From Promethearchaeota archaeon (GTDB lineage: Archaea > Asgardarchaeota > Lokiarchaeia > Sigyniarchaeales > SOKP01), in assembly GCA_048938005.1 (NCBI GenBank), contig JBHLMQ010000001.1, positions 128,001 through 192,000 on the forward strand: 64,000 bases of DNA, in the 5' to 3' direction. Both the position numbers and the translations under genes were made by a program. The notes beneath the pieces are model-generated. The model was not told the origin of the DNA. It worked only from the letters and a program-made list of their open reading frames with translations, and searched no databases. Each line of letters opens with the position of its first letter. Position 1 is the first letter of the stretch. Shown here piece after piece: positions 60,401 to 64,000 of the stretch.

Positions 60401-61164
60401 CCAAACATTTCATATGTCATATTAACAGGATCTTCACTATAAAATTGAAGATCTAATGTTGTACAATTAAAATCATTTTTAAAGAGAGTAATAGAGTCTA
60501 GATCTAAATTATCAGCGTAAAGCCCTTCCATTATAAAAGGGATTGGGAAAAATGAAGGGATTACCATAGAATTAGGGCCCAGATTAGGAGATAATGGTAT
60601 TTTTAATTGTATTAAATCTAAATATGAATATTTTGAACTATAATTACTATAAGAATAAAAATCGTAAAAATTGGTTGCAGCTGTTGAATGCCATTGATCT
60701 CCCATAAATTCATCAAAACATTCATACCTCCATAACTTATTAGTCATATCGATAATTGAATCATAATCATAAACTCTGAAAACTTCTTGCTCACCAGCTT
60801 GAGAACCTAATAGTGCGAGAAGCGCTTCTGAAAAATCGCTTAAATCTAGATCATCGATGCCTCCATCCAACATCTCAGATAACATATCCATAACATCTGC
60901 TAATTCATCCGGATTTAAATCATTAAATAAATTTTGCCAAAAATCTGCATCAAATGGATATGGTGGTTTTGTTAGTAAGGCGTCTTCATACTCAGTATTC
61001 GCTTTTTCTTTACTGGGAAAAGGTCTTTGAGTACCAAAGAGAAAACTAAATAAAACCACTGAGAAAGCAAACATTGCAAGTAAGAGCATCGCAACTAATG
61101 CTATTCCTAAAATTCTCTTTTTGTTAATGGCGCTCCCTAATAATTCCTCTCTTAATTCTGACAT
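57406..61164 (-). CDS. Large surface protein: N-terminal TM, transglutaminase-like domain (catalytic residues substituted), multiple Ig-like repeats
   Basis: IRNYLQ..F, DIVEWF, GEGLWSEFASAF..FTRAF.VSSRFVNGF, YNWAEIF, GMWTQMD; then repeated TDxNG/GxY.IRVDFNG beta-sandwich units. Confidence 0.82.
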   Translation of the reverse strand: MSELREELLGSAINKKRILGIALVAMLLLAMFAFSVVLFSFLFGTQRPFPSKEKANTEYEDALLTKPPYPFDADFWQNLFNDLNPDELADVMDMLSEMLDGGIDDLDLSDFSEALLALLGSQAGEQEVFRVYDYDSIIDMTNKLWRYECFDEFMGDQWHSTAATNFYDFYSYSNYSSKYSYLDLIQLKIPLSPNLGPNSMVIPSFFPIPFIMEGLYADNLDLDSITLFKNDFNCTTLDLQFYSEDPVNMTYEMFGLNLPSNVDINNSAVEAQYTPVFIKNLYLHLPPSIDTYINTHPYFKSHYDALDLIIDDNDNTFMVANKIRNYLQTNFIVDINALTNDPPADGEDIVEWFCEHGEGLWSEFASAFCAFTRAFNVSSRFVNGFHSQGIVPEYDDTENKWYFAIKYMNLYNWAEIFVPTSISGDGMWTQMDIIFDSFGAGGNPMANYRIKVNSNFTAGYRGPKANLTATLSSDTGSINNKRITFTDLNSGLILGEAYTDQNGTASILVNINESQVVGPHLIMASYQLANNFTSYMIYGNIQVNLTNVYPQTINRSISTTTTIQGYVYDPVANQGVRNATVEFVLLDKSTQNKIINPFDINSIDTDINGNFNEIVSVNSWVPRGNYEIRVDFNGSWGGVLLAPFGIMDNSSNKMDFTITEELTYRLLFSIDGQPTDFPFPPNPSNLINVKRGEQLNLSAILIDEDIMSPDPGEIVEFYDYTNGNVMIGTDITNSKGIASFIYDIGVNNKSGPTLVYAKYGGDFNYSYYIVNESIVFDFISGPIPREINRTGSFGTQFNTMCRLIDTSNNDIYYSEIALRMFRMGSPMSQYLNPQFPLFQDTGGSNLFTFDLGVQPDTPATNYTLRLDFDGFFDFTFDPGNPYPSSFFINDLSVSYFIPNELKVIDPENLTIYLAVEGRPTSTFYNDGYLPERYNRGETAHFQVQILHPLPFNGRTVYVYNEYNGRELDNYKFGPLDTGFVQFNISTNDINDFHAGLNRIRVEYDIFATINTTYIIINETVNINANPGTNVITRGNGGFNVYGNVEKDGKNMKGMELKLVLLDNDDNDISGYLDMPWGQYVIIQNDGTYQFQVNSINLNCPQGEYYLRVDFNGTISAPGISVTNYMINTSSARKLLNITAGTIIIQEGYHTTPHDISDGDWWVDDILYIYGNLTWDNGTAMANMKVNVTVQLLNGEIVAFNDTVVTDQYGGFNASLIVDSSWPDYVSQTKIIVYFEPKDNNLEYVDKTELQFT

Positions 61165-61415
61165 AATATACTAAAATTAACCTTTTTAATAACCAAAAAG
61201 AATTTAGAATATTAATCAAAATTATTATTTATATAATTTTCCACATATTTTTTTGAATTGTTAAGTTCTTCAAAAATAAATTAATAGAAAGAATTTATAT
61301 CAATTTCATTAAAAAAAAGTTTTCAAAAATTAAATTAGGTAATTAAACCAATATCAAAATATTCAAAAAGATGATTTAAAAAATTCTAAGGATATAAAAG
61401 AAAAATTTGAAAACT

Positions 61416-62282
61416 TTAAAATTCAAAACCACATTTAGTACAAACATATTTTTTAGCATAGATTGGTTTGGGAATGTAGCTTATTATTCGTGTTTTATCT
61501 TCAACTTCTTTTACAGCAAACCCGGATGCGCCACAATTAGGGCAAATTCTCCTACCACTTCCCATCTGAACAGATGGACTTGGAGTAGATGTTGGAGTAG
61601 TTGTTAAGCCTGGAGTAGCAGTATAGCTTGTTGTTTGATTGGTTATCCCTTGGGCTAAGCTAGAGGGCATAACTGCTTTAGGTTCTTTTAATTCTTCAAT
61701 CCGTTTTTCTTTATAAATAATTTCTTCCTGTAATTTTTTAATTTGCGCTTGTAAAGGGCCAATCTGTTGTTGTAACATAGAATTATGTTGCTGCAATTCT
61801 TGAACTTGTTGTTGTAATCCTGGGATATGAGCTTGTAATTGAGCATTTTCGTCAGTTAATTGCTTTACTTGCTGCTGATAAGCTTCAGTTGAAGTTTGTA
61901 GAGATTGCAATTGATTTGTTATTCGATTTACTTGACTTTCCTTCTCTCGAAGTTGAGCATTTAATTGGGAATTTTGAGAACTTAAACTATTAATTTGAGA
62001 TTGTAACTGACTTATGCTAGAATCTTTTTCCTGGAGTTGAGTTATTACTGAAGCATATTGTTCTTGTGAAGATCCTATAGAGATTGAAGGTGTGGGTTCA
62101 ATAATAGGTGGAGAAGGAGGTTGCAATGTAAGAGGTGGTGTCGTAGATGGTGTAGTAGAAGGTGGGGGCATTGAGGGAGGGGGTGTTAGTGGAGTTACTG
62201 AAGGAGGAGGCATTGAGGGAGTAGAGAATTCTTTTTTTTTCTTTTTCTTATCATCATCATTTTTCTCATATTCATATGACAT
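61416..62282 (-). CDS. Proline-rich / coiled-coil / C-terminal zinc-ribbon protein
   Basis: SMPPPS repeats, ~125-aa Q-rich heptad region, CPNCG...CTKCG. Confidence 0.78.
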   Translation of the reverse strand: MSYEYEKNDDDKKKKKKEFSTPSMPPPSVTPLTPPPSMPPPSTTPSTTPPLTLQPPSPPIIEPTPSISIGSSQEQYASVITQLQEKDSSISQLQSQINSLSSQNSQLNAQLREKESQVNRITNQLQSLQTSTEAYQQQVKQLTDENAQLQAHIPGLQQQVQELQQHNSMLQQQIGPLQAQIKKLQEEIIYKEKRIEELKEPKAVMPSSLAQGITNQTTSYTATPGLTTTPTSTPSPSVQMGSGRRICPNCGASGFAVKEVEDKTRIISYIPKPIYAKKYVCTKCGFEF

Positions 62283-62390
62283 AATAATCTTCTTTTTCTT
62301 GCATTAATTTAATAATAATTTCAATAATTCAATAGGAATAATTATGATTATAGCATAAATGTAAATATAAAAGTGTTTGTATGTTATATC

Positions 62391-63482
62391 TTAAAAACAT
62401 TTCCAATATGAACTTAATTTTTCTTTCAAGGCGGGAATAAGTTTGTTATTATAATAATCAAGCAATACTGGTCTAGAAGTTCTTGATTCTTCTTTTATTA
62501 AATTGTCCTCCTCATCATTAAGGACTTTTAAACAATTGTAAACAGCTCGAGCTTGTTTATCCAATTGATATCCACCTTCTAATGTTATGAGAATCCTATC
62601 ATTTGCATATTTCTGTGCGATTGTTTTAATTTTTACCAGATATTCTGCAGGTGATTGGTATGTCCAATTCAAATCAGTCAACTCATCTGTCCAATGAGTA
62701 TCAAAACCAGCTGAAATTAAGATAAATTCTGGCTTAAATTCGTCACATATAGGTGCTATTATTTCATCAAAGTATATTGGGATTGCATCATCAGCAGTGC
62801 CAGCGGGCATTGGATAATTGATGATTTTACCGGCGCCTTTACCTGTACCGATCTCATCATAGTTCCCACTTCCAGGATAGAAATAACCATATTGATGAGA
62901 ATTAAATATCACTACTTCACCTAATTCTGACTTAGAACCTTGATAAAAAATATCTTGAGTACCATTCCCATGGTGACAATCCCAATCAATGATAACTATT
63001 TTTCTAATTCCTTTTTCTCTAATAAGATATTCAGTAGCAATAGCAATATTATTAAAAATACAAAATCCAGCAAATTTATAGGAATTAGAGTGGTGTCCAG
63101 GGGGTCTCACTAAAGCGAACGCATTCTTTATATTCCTATTCAAAATCTCATCAGCAGCTTGCAAATTGCCCCCAACTGAGTATAAGGATGCTTCATATGT
63201 TTTAGGAGACGCAACAGTATCCAAATCTATTGCTTGAAGACGATGCGTTTTTGCACTTAATTCACAAATTTCTTGTATCTCTTTTATTAATCTTTCCATG
63301 TGAACATACTGTATTTGGTCTAAAGTTGCTTTCCTCGGCTTAATTATTTTAAAGCTTGGATCTTCAAATAAATTCTTTTCTTTTAGAAAATCCATGATTG
63401 TAATTAATCTATGATGGCTCTCTGGATGATCACCAATGTTGTGTTCTAAGTAAATTGGGTCGTAGACTATACCTGTTGTCAT
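62391..63482 (-). CDS. Histone deacetylase family (class II-like) deacetylase
   Basis: HPES..RL, RPPGHH, GFCIFNN, DWDCHHGNGTQ, YPGSG, SAGFD, LEGGY. Confidence 0.94.
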   Translation of the reverse strand: MTTGIVYDPIYLEHNIGDHPESHHRLITIMDFLKEKNLFEDPSFKIIKPRKATLDQIQYVHMERLIKEIQEICELSAKTHRLQAIDLDTVASPKTYEASLYSVGGNLQAADEILNRNIKNAFALVRPPGHHSNSYKFAGFCIFNNIAIATEYLIREKGIRKIVIIDWDCHHGNGTQDIFYQGSKSELGEVVIFNSHQYGYFYPGSGNYDEIGTGKGAGKIINYPMPAGTADDAIPIYFDEIIAPICDEFKPEFILISAGFDTHWTDELTDLNWTYQSPAEYLVKIKTIAQKYANDRILITLEGGYQLDKQARAVYNCLKVLNDEEDNLIKEESRTSRPVLLDYYNNKLIPALKEKLSSYWKCF

Positions 63483-63582
63483 AATGTCATAGCTCTATCT
63501 TTTTATTTTTAATAATTTAGATTAGATTATTTTAGTATCTACGTATAAACTTAAAAAAGTTTCTTCATAGAAATAATTATAG

Positions 63583-64000
63583 ATGGACAAGACTAAGAAA
63601 TATACTCTGAAAATCATTATAATAGGGGAACCTGCGGTTGGTAAAACGAGTTTAGTTAAAAAATTTGTCTCTGGGAAATTTACTAAAGACTATCGGGCAA
63701 GTATAGGTACTAATATCTTCATTAAAAAAATAATAATAGAAAATGATGTAGATACAACAATACAGCTCTGGGATATCGCAGGACAAGAGCGTTGGATAAA
63801 AATGAGACGACCTTATTATGCGGGAGCTAGGGGTGTGCTTATTGTAGGGGATTTGACAAGAAAAAATACGTTTGATCAAATTGAGAAATTTTGGGTTCCT
63901 GATGTAAAACAATACTGTAACATTGCCCCTATTATTTTACTTGCTAATAAGAATGATTTAAAAAAGGAACTTAGTGAAACAGAGATTAATTCTTTAGCAG
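63583..64000 (+). CDS. Rab-like small GTPase (partial, runs off the window end; not in the ORF track)
   Basis: ATG at 63583: MDKTKKYTLKIIIIGEPAVGKTSL...YRASIG...QLWDIAGQERW...YYAGARG...LLANKNDL (G1, G3, G4). Confidence 0.92.
   Translation, partial: MDKTKKYTLKIIIIGEPAVGKTSLVKKFVSGKFTKDYRASIGTNIFIKKIIIENDVDTTIQLWDIAGQERWIKMRRPYYAGARGVLIVGDLTRKNTFDQIEKFWVPDVKQYCNIAPIILLANKNDLKKELSETEINSLA

Noticed and set aside
827-61607. Numerous 60-120 aa ORFs overlapping larger genes (e.g. 827-1144, 13840-14067, 25643-26011, 47390-47716, 49811-50164)
   Set aside because: Shadow ORFs on the opposite strand or in an alternative frame of well-supported genes, with no motifs
62092-62307. Gly-rich plus-strand ORF / tandem repeat
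   Set aside because: Antisense mirror of the proline-rich tract of 61416-62282
63652-63912. 86-aa minus-strand ORF
   Set aside because: Antisense to the clear Rab-like GTPase gene
1-64000. CRISPR array, rRNA, transposase/integrase, selenoprotein read-through
   Set aside because: No regularly spaced repeats, no long GC-rich structured RNA, no recombinase motifs, and no gene visibly truncated at an in-frame TGA at a Cys-equivalent position; by-eye scan only

Overview
AT-rich, gene-dense archaeal chromosome segment, almost certainly from an Asgard archaeon (Lokiarchaeia-like). That call rests on the co-occurrence of a Roadblock/LC7 protein, a longin-like protein, tandem V4R/Bet3-like proteins, a Rab-like small GTPase, ribophorin I, OSTC/DC2 and Sec61-beta with archaeal housekeeping genes (Trm1, MetAP2, RadB, MptE, CofD/CofE). 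Contents: about 50 CDS; an oligopeptide ABC transporter operon; an N-glycosylation/translocon neighbourhood; a lipS2-lplA-lipS1-cofE(fbiB)-cofD operon; a 7-gene MoxR/vWA(DUF58)/transglutaminase-like/Ig-repeat cell-surface cluster; and one tRNA-Gln(UUG) interrupted by two 30-nt non-canonical introns. No CRISPR array, rRNA or mobile element was seen. The most notable signals are the doubly intron-split tRNA, the MoxR surface cluster built around a catalytically dead transglutaminase (with possible non-AUG starts and a +1 frameshift), and an ABC ATPase carrying a hydrophobic insertion encoded by a polypyrimidine tract. All family assignments come from motif recognition by eye; no database search was run.
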